A stretch of DNA of 64,000 nt from Candidatus Marinacidobacterales bacterium (lineage in GTDB: Bacteria > Acidobacteriota > Vicinamibacteria > Marinacidobacterales > DATDRI01). The translations under genes were made by a program, and so were the position numbers. The stretch's first letter is position 1. Every line of letters starts with the position of its first letter. The stretch spans positions 5,504,001 through 5,568,000 of the forward strand of contig OZ245365.1 of NCBI GenBank assembly GCA_965226495.1. Direction: 5' to 3'. Under the pieces are notes generated by a model. The model saw only the letters and a list, made by a program, of their open reading frames with translations, searched no databases and was not told where the DNA came from. Shown one piece after another: positions 44,191-54,217 of this stretch.

Positions 44191-46583
44191 TGCAGACGTT
44201 CTTCCAAGACATTCGGTTCGGCTGTCGATCGCTGTGGAAACAACCCACCTTCACTGCCGTTGCGGTGATCACCATCGCCTTGGGCATTGGTGGCAACACG
44301 GCCATGTTCAGCGTGGTGAACGCGGTACTCCTCAAACCTTTCTCCTTCCAGGATCCGGAACAACTCGTTCGTGTCGAGAGCCGCAACTCCTATCCCGATG
44401 TGGCCGACTGGATCCAACAGTCTCGGACGGGAGAGAACTTCGGTGGATACGCGACGTTTTTTCTCGACCTGACCCAAGGGGACGAGCCGGAGCGCATACC
44501 GGGTTCGGCGGTCACCGGAAGCCTCTTTCCGCTACTGGGCGTCAACCCCGCCCTAGGCCGAACACTCGAGCCCGATGACGACGTTCCCGGCGGGGCACGT
44601 GTCATCCTTCTGAGCGACGGCTTCTGGAAAAGGCATCTGGGTAGCGATCCCGAGATCGTCGGCAAGCCTCTTTCCTTTAATGGAGATCAATACACGGTGG
44701 TGGGGGTCATGCCGATGGGGTTCCAGCTGCCTCTCAATCGTTCCGAGACTTGGGTACCGACTCGGGTGGTGATGCGGGAAGCCTCCGCGGCACGCGGGGC
44801 ACACATGTTTCAAGCGGTGGGCCGTCTCAAGACAGACGTGAGCCTCGAACAGGCGCAGGCCGATATGGACAATATCGCAGCTCGTCTCGAGGAGCTCTAC
44901 CCTGAGGAGAACCTCGACCGCCGTTTCATTCTCGCTCCGCTACAGGAGTACGTTGCTCGTGGAGCGAGACCCACGCTGGTGATCCTTCTCGGCGCGGTCG
45001 GTTTTGTCTTGCTCATCGCTTGCGCGAATGTCGCCAACTTGCTGCTGGCGCGAGGGGCGGCGAGACAGCGTGAGATCGCCTTGCGCGCTGCGCTGGGCGC
45101 CGGACGCGCGCGGCTTTTCCGCCAGCTACTGACAGAGAGCGTACTTCTCTCGCTCGCCGGCGGAGCGCTCGCCGCGCCCTTAGCGTTCGCCATCGTGCGC
45201 GTCGTCGTGGCGCTCGGCTCGGAGAGCATCCCTAGACTCGACGAGATCGCACTAGACGGACACGTCTTGGGCTTCGCACTCGGGCTCTCCGTCCTCACCG
45301 GGATCGTGTTCGGACTCATTCCCGCCGCCCACGCCACAGTACCGCGCCTCTTCGATGCACTCAGGGAGGGTGGTCGAGCCTCGGGTAGCGTTTTGCCCCG
45401 CAGATTCCGCAGCGGACTCGTCGTTTCCGAGATGGCGTTGGCAGTCGTGTTGTTGATCGGGGCCGGCCTCTTGCTACGGAGTTTCTATCAACTACAGAAC
45501 GTCGAGCCCGGGTTCGACCACGAAAAACTCTTAACGATGGAATTTTCTCTTCCCGCCAGCACCTATCGTGAGATACCCAAAAGAATTCTCTTCTATCAAC
45601 GGCTACTCGAAGAGCTCGGCACCCTTCCTGGTGTCGAATCTGCGGCGGCGACCACCGAACTGCCGTTGGGAAGCAACTTCGTCCCTCACAACTTTGTGGT
45701 CGAGGGTAAACCCATGGATCCAGGAACCGAGCCCGAGATCTATTATCGCGGCATCAGCCCGGGCTACTTGGATACGATGGGCATTCCGCTCCTTAAGGGT
45801 CGCCGCTTCACCGATCAAGACCGAGAGGGGGCCCCGAGCGTCGGCATCATTAATGAGGCCCTCGCTCGACAACTCTTCCCTGATGAGGATCCCATCGGGC
45901 AAAGGTTCCGATGGGCGCGGCGGTCGGTCCTCTACTGGATCACCATCGTGGGTGTGGCAGGTGACGTGAGGCCCTTCGGGTTGGATGTCGCCGAGCAAGC
46001 GGCCGTCTACATACCATTCACGCAGGAGCGGGATTGGTGGCGAACGTGGATGCACGTTGTGCTCAGAACGACTACCGAGCCCATGAGCTTGGCGCCGGCG
46101 ATCAAGAGTCGCGTCGCGGAACTCGCCAAGACCATCCCGGTCGCCAACATCCGAGGCATGGAAGATCTCATGGCCGACTCGCTCGCCCCGCGCCGGGCAC
46201 GATTTTGGTTGCTCGGAGGTTTCGCCGCGATCGCTATGCTCCTGGCCGCGGTTGGAATCTATGGCGTCCTCTCGTTCATGGTCGTGCAACGCACCAGCGA
46301 AATCGGCGTCCGCATGGCCCTGGGGGCGCGCCGGGCCGACGTCTTGAGAATGGTCATTGGCGAAGGAATGCTCTTGGCGATCGTCGGGATCGCCCTGGGA
46401 GTATTGGGAGCACTAGCTTTGACTGGAGTCATGTCGAGCCTTCTTTATGAAGTAAACGCCGCCGACCCGCTGACCTTCGTCATCATCGCCGCCCTACTGA
46501 CCGGTGTGGCTCTCGCCGCGAGCTTCGTGCCCGCCTTCCGGGCCACCCGAGTCGATCCCCTCACCGCACTCCATTACGAGTAA
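44187..46583 (+). CDS. ADOP-type duplicated MacB/FtsX ABC permease
   Basis: QDIRFG..LW, LGIGGNTAMFS, LIACANVANLLLAR, LLTES, EIGVRMALGA, RVDPLTAL; no ATPase nearby. Confidence 0.95.
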   Translation: MMQTFFQDIRFGCRSLWKQPTFTAVAVITIALGIGGNTAMFSVVNAVLLKPFSFQDPEQLVRVESRNSYPDVADWIQQSRTGENFGGYATFFLDLTQGDEPERIPGSAVTGSLFPLLGVNPALGRTLEPDDDVPGGARVILLSDGFWKRHLGSDPEIVGKPLSFNGDQYTVVGVMPMGFQLPLNRSETWVPTRVVMREASAARGAHMFQAVGRLKTDVSLEQAQADMDNIAARLEELYPEENLDRRFILAPLQEYVARGARPTLVILLGAVGFVLLIACANVANLLLARGAARQREIALRAALGAGRARLFRQLLTESVLLSLAGGALAAPLAFAIVRVVVALGSESIPRLDEIALDGHVLGFALGLSVLTGIVFGLIPAAHATVPRLFDALREGGRASGSVLPRRFRSGLVVSEMALAVVLLIGAGLLLRSFYQLQNVEPGFDHEKLLTMEFSLPASTYREIPKRILFYQRLLEELGTLPGVESAAATTELPLGSNFVPHNFVVEGKPMDPGTEPEIYYRGISPGYLDTMGIPLLKGRRFTDQDREGAPSVGIINEALARQLFPDEDPIGQRFRWARRSVLYWITIVGVAGDVRPFGLDVAEQAAVYIPFTQERDWWRTWMHVVLRTTTEPMSLAPAIKSRVAELAKTIPVANIRGMEDLMADSLAPRRARFWLLGGFAAIAMLLAAVGIYGVLSFMVVQRTSEIGVRMALGARRADVLRMVIGEGMLLAIVGIALGVLGALALTGVMSSLLYEVNAADPLTFVIIAALLTGVALAASFVPAFRATRVDPLTALHYE

Positions 46584-46597
46584 GCTTCCCTTCCTTA

Positions 46598-46626
46598 TTG
46601 ACAGCTAGAGTTCTGCCCTCTATCAT
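46598..46626 (+). promoter_or_regulatory. Sigma70-type promoter
   Basis: TTGACA-17 bp-TATCAT. Confidence 0.8.
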
Positions 46627-46757
46627 GTAATCAAATACAAAATTCAAACCTTTTCAGAATTTCCTGCGGCGCACTGCGTATCGTTCGATGGTGATTCCGC
46701 CCTATCTTCCAAGACGGCGCACCACCGAAGTCTCATCACAACTAGAAGAGGAGTCCT

Positions 46758-46958
46758 ATGAATCAAGCGCGTGCCATTTGGGCGATGTTGACCGTCGCAG
46801 CGACTTACCTTAGTGTCACCGGAGCCTTCACGCTCCTGGCTTTTGTCGGCCTCGTCCCCTGGACCGAGGCCAGCGAGGTCGTCGAGGCCTTCTCCGCCTT
46901 GTCGAGCCTCGGCGTAGGCGGGGTTATTGGGCTCTATTTGGGCTCCGGTCCCTCTTAG
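46758..46958 (+). CDS. Small two-TM membrane protein (66 aa)
   Basis: AGAGGAG SD, upstream promoter, two hydrophobic helices. Confidence 0.7.
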   Translation: MNQARAIWAMLTVAATYLSVTGAFTLLAFVGLVPWTEASEVVEAFSALSSLGVGGVIGLYLGSGPS

Positions 46959-47375
46959 CACCCACCAGTAGCGACACGACAAAACAAAGCAAGATGAATC
47001 CGATCGTGATGATCGGTGGGTAGATGAAGTACGCGACGCTGATGGCTAGAAGAACCGTCGTGTAGCCGGCGTCCATCCAGGTCAATGTTCGAAGGAACTC
47101 ATGATCGTCGCCTCGCGCTCGGACCACAACCAGGCTCAGCGATCCTGCGAAGACCAGACTTGCCGCGAAGATCAAGCTGTACCCCTGCAGGAAATCCATC
47201 ATCGAGCGCTCGATGCCGCCGAAGTCAAAGCGGTAGGTGGTCATCAGCGCGAGGGAGTGTCTCCTCGGTCTCGTTAGCGGGCTCGGCACTGCTGAAGTGG
47301 CCGATCATATGAAGCCCCGCGGTTCACCAGCATCGCGTAAGCCCCCAGCTTGAACCAGAATGTGCTTTTCTTCAT
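46924..47375 (-). pseudogene. Four-TM membrane protein (LIC_13387-like) with two +1 frameshifts
   Basis: MKKSTFWFKLG...V/TAGLHMIGHF...TL/LALMTTYRFDFGG...; extra bases near 47323 and 47254. Confidence 0.65.
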
Positions 47376-47387
47376 GTCGTAGCCCGC

Positions 47388-48179
47388 CTATTGGATCAGG
47401 TGCGTCGGCAAGGGTTCGCCGGTCTCGAGTAATGTCTTCAGGCTGTTGAGAAGGATGGGCCAACCGCCCGAGGTCTCCTTGTAGGTCCGGGACTCCCCGT
47501 CGAAATCATCATGGGTTACAGTGAGCTTCACGAGGTCGGTATCCCCGAAGCGCTCGATCTCGTACGAGGCGCGGGAAGGCTTGTCTCCGGTTTGTGGGAA
47601 GGAGAAGGTGTGAACGAGTTTCCTTCCTGGGTCGACTTCGAGAACCTTTCCCGTGACCGCCGCTACCCGCTCTCCCTTTTCGTCGTTCATAAAGTAATTC
47701 AGGGGCGAACCGGGCTCTAGGTCGGTTTCGATATCGGTGCCATAAAAGTACTGACGCGTCCGTTCGGGATTAACGAGCGCATCCCAGACCTTATCGGGTG
47801 TCGAGCGGATGTAGAGAACATAAACCTGCTGCAGCTTGGTTTGGGTGGTCACGGTGTCCTCCTTTTCGAGCTCATCTTTCAACGCCGTCAGCCTGGAAGC
47901 CCAGCGGGCGCTGTACTGCGACATCCACCGGTCGGAGATGGCCTGGATGGGGATCGCGTTGAGATAGAGCTCCTTGGTCTTGCCGTTCCGGCGCCGCACG
48001 ATAAGCCCTGCGTCCTCCAGGACACGAAGGTGTTTGAGGACGGCGTACCGGGTGAAAAAGAAGTGAGAAGCAAGCTCGGAGACGGTCATCCCGGGCTGAT
48101 CTTTCACTAGATCGAGCATTAGCCGGCGATTGGAGTCGGCAAGTGCCCTAAACGTGCGGTCATCTGACATTTCTTTCAT
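47388..48179 (-). CDS. ArsR/SmtB HTH fused to SRPBCC (AHSA1-like) domain
   Basis: FRALADSNRR, KHLRVLEDAGLI; YIRSTPDKVWDAL, GWPILLNSLKTLLETG. Confidence 0.93.
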   Translation of the reverse strand: MKEMSDDRTFRALADSNRRLMLDLVKDQPGMTVSELASHFFFTRYAVLKHLRVLEDAGLIVRRRNGKTKELYLNAIPIQAISDRWMSQYSARWASRLTALKDELEKEDTVTTQTKLQQVYVLYIRSTPDKVWDALVNPERTRQYFYGTDIETDLEPGSPLNYFMNDEKGERVAAVTGKVLEVDPGRKLVHTFSFPQTGDKPSRASYEIERFGDTDLVKLTVTHDDFDGESRTYKETSGGWPILLNSLKTLLETGEPLPTHLIQ

Positions 48180-48215
48180 GTGAACAATAAGTCACTTTAA
48201 ATATCAACGATCAGC

Positions 48216-48268
48216 AATATAGGTTCATTAGGTGCCTTTGTCAATATACTAGTGACTATTTAGTCACT
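48216..48268 (-). promoter_or_regulatory. arsR promoter and palindromic operator
   Basis: TTGACA-17-TATATT (48244-48216); AGTGACT-ATTT-AGTCACT at 48251-48268; degenerate second copy near 48179-48197. Confidence 0.8.
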
Positions 48269-48450
48269 TATTTGTAGTGTAGCGCCATGACTAATCGGCA
48301 ACACCCAGACGCCCTCGAGATAGACGCCTACGAAACTCCAGATCGGAGATCCAAATGGTCGGATTTCGACTCCCCTTCGTCACCGTAAACCTATGAATTC
48401 AAGCCCTCGGGCTATTGGCTCGCTTGTTGCATTATTGCAGCCGGTGTGGT

Positions 48451-48480
48451 TTGACAGGTCGACATCATGAGACCTATGCT
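48451..48480 (+). promoter_or_regulatory. Putative promoter of the TonB receptor
   Basis: TTGACA-18 bp-TATGCT. Confidence 0.55.
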
Positions 48481-49342
48481 TCGTCTACCAATGTCATCCC
48501 GGTCCATCTGCAATGTTCTGGAGTGGCCGGCGATTGTGCCGAATCTTCGCTTGGCGCGATAAGGAGCATTAATGTCTAGAAAACTTCCTTTGATTGCTAG
48601 CTTTCTCGCATTGTTTTCCCTGAGCGTGCCGGTGATGGCCCAGCGCACCACCGGGAACATCGTTGGAGTCGTGTCCGACGAGACCGGCGCGATTTTGCCG
48701 GGAGTGACAGTCACGATAGCTGGTCAATACCTCATGGCTTCTCAAACCGCGACGTCCACCGCGTCCGGACGCTACCGGTTTCCCAACTTGCCGCCCGGTC
48801 CCTACACACTGACCTTCAGCCTCACCGGGTTCGCTTCCTTAACTCGCAGCGACCTGCGGTTGGAAACCGGCGCGACTCTCGAAGTGAACGTTGTGCTCAA
48901 GTTGAGCCAGGTCGCCGAGTCGGTCACCGTGACCGGAGAACAACCGGTCGTCGACGTACGTTCCTCCGAAATAAGCACCAACTACGATCGCGAATGGGTA
49001 GAGAATGCTCCGCTTCCACGCTTCACCTTCTTCGACCTCATCAACGCGGCCCCGGGCATCAGCCAGAACGACTCACAGGACTCCCGATCCACCGCACTCG
49101 GCTCGGGAACAGACGAGAACTCCTATATGCTGGACGGCACAGATTTCACGTCCCCTTTTACCGGGGCCGCCTGGCCCTGGCCCAACACCGATGCCATCGC
49201 CGAAGTGGAGGTGCTGTCCTTAGGAGCTCCCGCCGAGTACGGCAACCTCTCCGGCGCTGTCTTCAACATCACCACTCGCCAGGGAAGTAACGACTTCCAC
49301 GGGGATGTGAATTACTACTACCAATCCGAGGGCTTGACGGCT

Positions 49343-50420
49343 TGTGACTTCAAGTTTGAAGCGCACCATTCGTTAGTTCCCATGGAAACGTTCCTCCGGT
49401 GTGCGGTAACCGAGCCTCTTGCGGGGCCGTGTGTTGAGCTTCTTTGCGATACCATCGCAGTGGCGTTGCGTGAGCGCTGCTTGGCTGGTGCGCTTCGGCA
49501 GGTATTGTCGTAGCAATCCATTGAAGTTCTCGTTGCTGCCTCTCTCCCATGAGTGATAGGGAGTTGCAAAGTAGAACTTGACGCCGGTCGCTTCCTCGAC
49601 GGATTCGTAGTCGTGGAACTCCGTGCCATTGTCCGCGGTGATGGTCTTGACCTGATCCGGCACCCGCCGGAGCAACATCTTCGTTCGCTGGCTAGTGCCG
49701 AACATGCTGCGGTCGGACAGTTTGCCGATCAGCGCATAGCCCGTCTTTCGTTCCACGAGCGTGGTGACGCAGTCCGGCGCGTCTTTTCCTACCACGGTGT
49801 CAATCTCCCAGTGGCCAACGGCACGGCGCTTGTCGATACAAGACGGCCGCTCGGAGATGTGACGCTTCCCGGCCAGGCGGCCTCGGCTGTCGTAGCTGTT
49901 GTGGCGCTTGCGTCTAAGTTTGGGCGAGCATCGAAGGTGGCGGTATAGATGTCCTCCGGCCTCCTTGTCCCGCCAAACGTGGGTGTAGATCGTCTCGTGG
50001 CTGATCGAGAGCTCGCCGTGAAGGCGCAGGTGGCCGGAGATCTGCTCTGGGCTCCAGTCGGCCTTAAGCTTCTTCTCCACCAGGGCAAAGTCGGCCTTTG
50101 TGAAGTACTGGTTCCGGCGAGACCGCGAGCGTCGTCCGTTCGTTCTCTCGATGGCCTTGCTCGGCCGGTAGCATCCATCACTAGGTGAGCTGTTCCTCCT
50201 GACCTCTCTCGAGATGGTGCTCCGGTGGCGCCCCAGGCGCCGCGCGATCTCGGCCGAGCAAAATCCCTCCCGTCGCAGCGCCGCGATGGTGTAGCGTTCT
50301 TCCGAGGTGATCTGGTAATAAGTCATTAGCGAGTCCCCATTCTTGGTTGTTTGAGGAATCGTGGCACATTCCAGGTCACCTCATCCGGGAGCTGTGTTGC
50401 ACTTACTTTATGAATTCGCG
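49343..50420 (-). mobile_element. IS30-family insertion sequence (1078 bp)
   Basis: 26-bp imperfect terminal IRs (16/26 identical), flanking GCT duplication, single transposase. Confidence 0.92.
49373..50326 (-). CDS. IS30-family DDE transposase
   Basis: HRSTISRE HTH, WSPEQI, GHWEIDT, ITADNGTEF, WERGSNENFNGLLRQYLPK, RPRKRLG. Confidence 0.97.
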   Translation of the reverse strand: MTYYQITSEERYTIAALRREGFCSAEIARRLGRHRSTISREVRRNSSPSDGCYRPSKAIERTNGRRSRSRRNQYFTKADFALVEKKLKADWSPEQISGHLRLHGELSISHETIYTHVWRDKEAGGHLYRHLRCSPKLRRKRHNSYDSRGRLAGKRHISERPSCIDKRRAVGHWEIDTVVGKDAPDCVTTLVERKTGYALIGKLSDRSMFGTSQRTKMLLRRVPDQVKTITADNGTEFHDYESVEEATGVKFYFATPYHSWERGSNENFNGLLRQYLPKRTSQAALTQRHCDGIAKKLNTRPRKRLGYRTPEERFHGN

Positions 50421-52492
50421 GCTAGTAACACCACTCCGGCGCAGGACGACGGCTTCCCCTTCAACCGCGACTTTTACAACGACTTCACGGCGCAGGTCGG
50501 TGGACCGATCATAAAGGACAGGCTCTGGTTTTTCGGCTCCTACCAGCACCAAGAGGACTCCAGTACCCAGCCCGGCGTCAATCCGGACTTCCCGACCCTG
50601 ACCGAGAGCGACCGGATGTTCGTCAAGGTCAATTATCAAATTAATGACAACCACCGGCTGCTCTTCGCTCTCCATAACGACTGGTACTTTCTGCCAGGCG
50701 AACAAAATGCCAACACCGCTCCCACCACTGTGGGTGTAGAGTCCGGAAACAACCCGTCACCCAATCTGACGTACACCGGAATATTCTCGGCAAACACTCT
50801 CGTCGAGGCCCGCTTCTCGGGTTTCTACGGCACCGACCACGGAGACCCCATAGTGGAGGGAGAGCCCCGAGTAAAACCTCGCTTCTACAATCTCGATACG
50901 GGTCAGATTACGGGAGGGGTCTACTACTGGTACGACAGCAACGTTTTCAAGACCGGCGTTTCCGGCAAAGTCTCTCACTACGCCGATCAGTTTCTCGGAG
51001 GAAGCCACGACTTCAAGTTCGGCGCTCAGTACAGCCGGGGCGGTGTGGACAACGGCGCCTACGGTGCCAACGACTTCATCTACACGTACGAGTACTACGG
51101 CGAGCCCTATGCCTATGGATACTCCTACGATGCCTTTGGCTACGGCGGCATCGCAGAAACCATTGGTGTCTTTGTCGATGACAGCTGGGCGGTCAACGAC
51201 CGACTCACGCTCAACCTAGGTCTTAGGTACGATCACAAAGTCGCCTCGGTCCCCGAGCTTTCCGTCCCTGACGCGGCCGGGAACCTTACGGGTGCAACCT
51301 TCCCCGCGAGGGATCTCTACACGTGGGACACTATCTCACCCAGGCTGGGCTTCAACTTGAGACTGACCACGGATGGAAAAACAGCCCTGAAGGGACATTG
51401 GGGTCGCTACTACCGGGGCATCGTGACCGGCGAGTTTGTCTACGAGCTCGGGTTGACACCCGCCTCGACTTTTGCCGGGTCCTATGATCTAGCCACACAG
51501 CAGTTCACAAGCCTAGAAGAGTTCGAGTCCAGTTTGAACAAGGGCGTGGATCCGGACTACTCCAACCCATACACCGATCAGTTCATTATTGGTTTCGAGA
51601 GAGAGCTCACCACCAATTGGGGGTTCTCCGCCAACTATGTTCACAAGCGGGGGAGGAACAACGCCGCCTGGAGCGCCACCGGTGAGTACGAGGAGATCAC
51701 CTATATCGACGACCAAGGCACAGATGCCACCGGCAATCCCATCACGGTCTTGGCTCTGGTGAGTGATCCAGGCGACCGCTTCTTTACCATCGGCAATGAC
51801 GACCGGATGTCGACCGACGTGAACGCCGTCACCATCACGCTCAGGAAACGGATGTCCGACCGCTGGCAAATGACCAACTCCCTGGTCTTCATGAAGACTA
51901 GCGGACGACTGCCTTCTAGTATCGACTCCTTCGGTCGTCAGAACGCTTCTCTCGTTTTCAGCGACTTCGGACAAAATCCCAACGACTTCATCAATACGGA
52001 CGGACGACTCGTCAACGACCGACCGGTGGAGTTCAAGACCTCGCTCGTCTACGAGTTCCCCTTCAACCTCATGCTCGCGGCCGGTTGGAGGCTTCAGAGC
52101 GGGAAGCCATGGGCGAGGACGGTTCGGCCCGAGGGAACCGGGCTCGTCACCGAGATCTTGGCAGAGCAGATTGACGGTAGTCGCCGCGTTTCCACGTGGA
52201 ACCTCCTCGATCTGAGAGCGCAATATGCCATCGAGCTTGGCGGCGGAACGAATGTCGCGTTTTTCGGCGACGTTTTCAATCTGTTCAACGAAGACGCCAA
52301 CGAGGAGGTCTTGAGCACGCTCGGCACGTCGGAAAGCTTTGACTTTCCTAGCTTCTTCGTGCTTCCACGCCGTTTGATGCTTGGCGCGAAGTTCCGCTTT
52401 TAGAAGAAACACGACCGCACGTCGAGCTTTGCTCCTACAAGGCCCCGGGGCTTTTTTTCGCCCGATGGAGTGGACGGGAATCTAAGCCCATA

Positions 52493-54088
52493 ATGTCCGT
52501 TGCCATGGGTTTTACACCGAGCACCGCCTGTCTCCTTTTGCTTTTGCACGCGCCCGGTGCTTTTCCGCAAACCGTGAAGAAGTCCTTGGCTCAATTGGAA
52601 CGACAAGGATTCGAAGCGCTCGGTCAAGGAAGATACGATAGCGCCCTTGACGCATTCGAGTTGCTTCTTGTCGTGAACCCCGACCGCGCCTCTGCCCATT
52701 ACGGCAAAGGGCTCGCACTCACGGGCATGCTGAACTACTCGGCTGCCGTCGACTCCCTCGAGAATGCCGCTTCGCTCGATCCGAATCGTGCCGAGACCTG
52801 GCGACGACTCGTGACGCTCTATTCCCAGCTTCAGCGCGACGAGAAGGCGAAGCGCGCTTTTGAGAACGCTCGAAGACTCGCGCCGGTGCCGGATGAGGAA
52901 AGGCTAGGCCTGGCGCGCGCCTTGAGAAAGACGGGATGGCTTAAGGAAGCCCATGCTTTGCTCCGCGAGGCAGAGCCTCTCGGTGCGGAAGAATATTTCG
53001 AGCTTGGCCTCCTCGCACTGGAGGAAGACGACTCAGGCCGGGCGGAAGCGCACTTCGAGAAAGCGACCGCGGACCCGATACGCTCCGCAGCGGAGGCGGA
53101 ATACCAGTACGGACGGACGCTCGAGACTCTGGGTAAGCCTGAGCCGGCGATCCAGCACTACCGTCGGGCGCTATCCAAGGATCAGCGCCTTTTGAGCGCT
53201 CGCTTCCGATTGGGGACTCTCTTGCTGCGTACGGGCGATGCCGAGCAAGGTCGGGCTTTGCTGCGCGGGTACGAAGAGTTGCGTCAATGGGATCGGAGGG
53301 TAAATCTCTTGCTCTCCATGGTGACATCCGGAACACTCTCCGACACTGCAGAGCGAGAAAAGAAGCTCGAGCTCGTGAATCTATTTCTTCAAGCCGGTGC
53401 CTTCGAAGACGCAGGCGCACTCATCCACTCGGCACTGGCCAAGGACTCGAACGACCCCGCATTTCTCGTTGCCCAAGCGGAGTGGCTCCTTTCGTCGGGA
53501 CAGCCGGATAAGTCACGGGTGGTTCTGGACACCTTGGTCTCAGTATCCAGCCCTCTTCCAGATGCGCTCTGGCTTTCCGGTCGGCTCCACATTATTGAAG
53601 GTGAACCGAAGCAAGCGCTCGAATCCTTCCAACGGCTCATCGCGATCGATCCCGATCCACCCGCCGCCCTCTTGAAGGAGGTCGCCACCGCCTACGCCAT
53701 GAGCGGGCAAAGCAGTCAAGCCGAGACCTATTTTCACAGGGCTATTCAGAAAGATCCGCTGCTGGCGGGAGCCCAGGCGGGGCTCGGCGCGCTTCTAGAG
53801 TCCACAGGACGCCTCGAGGAAGCGGAGCAGCGCTATCGCCGCGCCCTCGAGATCAATCCCGATCTTCTTTCCGCACAACAGCTACTTGCCGAGCTTCTTC
53901 TGCGAAGAGGCGATGCAGAAGATGCGGTGACGCTATTGCGAAGGAGTGTAACCACGAACCCCGCGAACGCACTGCTCCGTCGCAACCTCGCTCGCGCTCT
54001 CGAGAGGGTCGGGAACATCGCAGAAGGGGAGGCGGAGCTGGAAAAGGCTCGAGAGATCGAAGCGCGGAAAAGCCCGCGCACGAAATGA
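52493..54088 (+). CDS. Exported TPR-repeat protein
   Basis: Signal-like N-terminus and multiple 34-aa TPR patterns. Confidence 0.85.
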   Translation: MSVAMGFTPSTACLLLLLHAPGAFPQTVKKSLAQLERQGFEALGQGRYDSALDAFELLLVVNPDRASAHYGKGLALTGMLNYSAAVDSLENAASLDPNRAETWRRLVTLYSQLQRDEKAKRAFENARRLAPVPDEERLGLARALRKTGWLKEAHALLREAEPLGAEEYFELGLLALEEDDSGRAEAHFEKATADPIRSAAEAEYQYGRTLETLGKPEPAIQHYRRALSKDQRLLSARFRLGTLLLRTGDAEQGRALLRGYEELRQWDRRVNLLLSMVTSGTLSDTAEREKKLELVNLFLQAGAFEDAGALIHSALAKDSNDPAFLVAQAEWLLSSGQPDKSRVVLDTLVSVSSPLPDALWLSGRLHIIEGEPKQALESFQRLIAIDPDPPAALLKEVATAYAMSGQSSQAETYFHRAIQKDPLLAGAQAGLGALLESTGRLEEAEQRYRRALEINPDLLSAQQLLAELLLRRGDAEDAVTLLRRSVTTNPANALLRRNLARALERVGNIAEGEAELEKAREIEARKSPRTK

Positions 54089-54217
54089 AGACCGCTGTCC
54101 TAGGACTGCGTTATTCTGACCGCTTGAGAAAGGGGGTCAAAGCCTCTGAGTTACGGAGACTTAGGAGGGAGTTAGCATGCTACACGCGGATTTTCCAAGA
54201 ATCGCAGCGAACTCCGA

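Larger units (their letters stand above)
48572..52403 (+). pseudogene. TonB-dependent receptor with N-terminal carboxypeptidase-regulatory-like domain, split by IS30
   Basis: Signal peptide, DETGAILPGVTV, plug AEYG; barrel GGPIIKDRLWFF...PRRLMLGAKFRF; halves rejoin in frame (SEGLTA|SNTT) if 49343-50423 is removed. Confidence 0.92.

Noticed and set aside
46680-46740. Fluoride riboswitch (CGATGGTG...CGCC)
   Set aside because: No downstream GCTGATGAC element and no fluoride-related gene; kept only as an unclassified leader hairpin
49343-49513. C-terminal extension of the 313-aa ORF 48572-49513
   Set aside because: Read-through into the IS end, not part of the receptor
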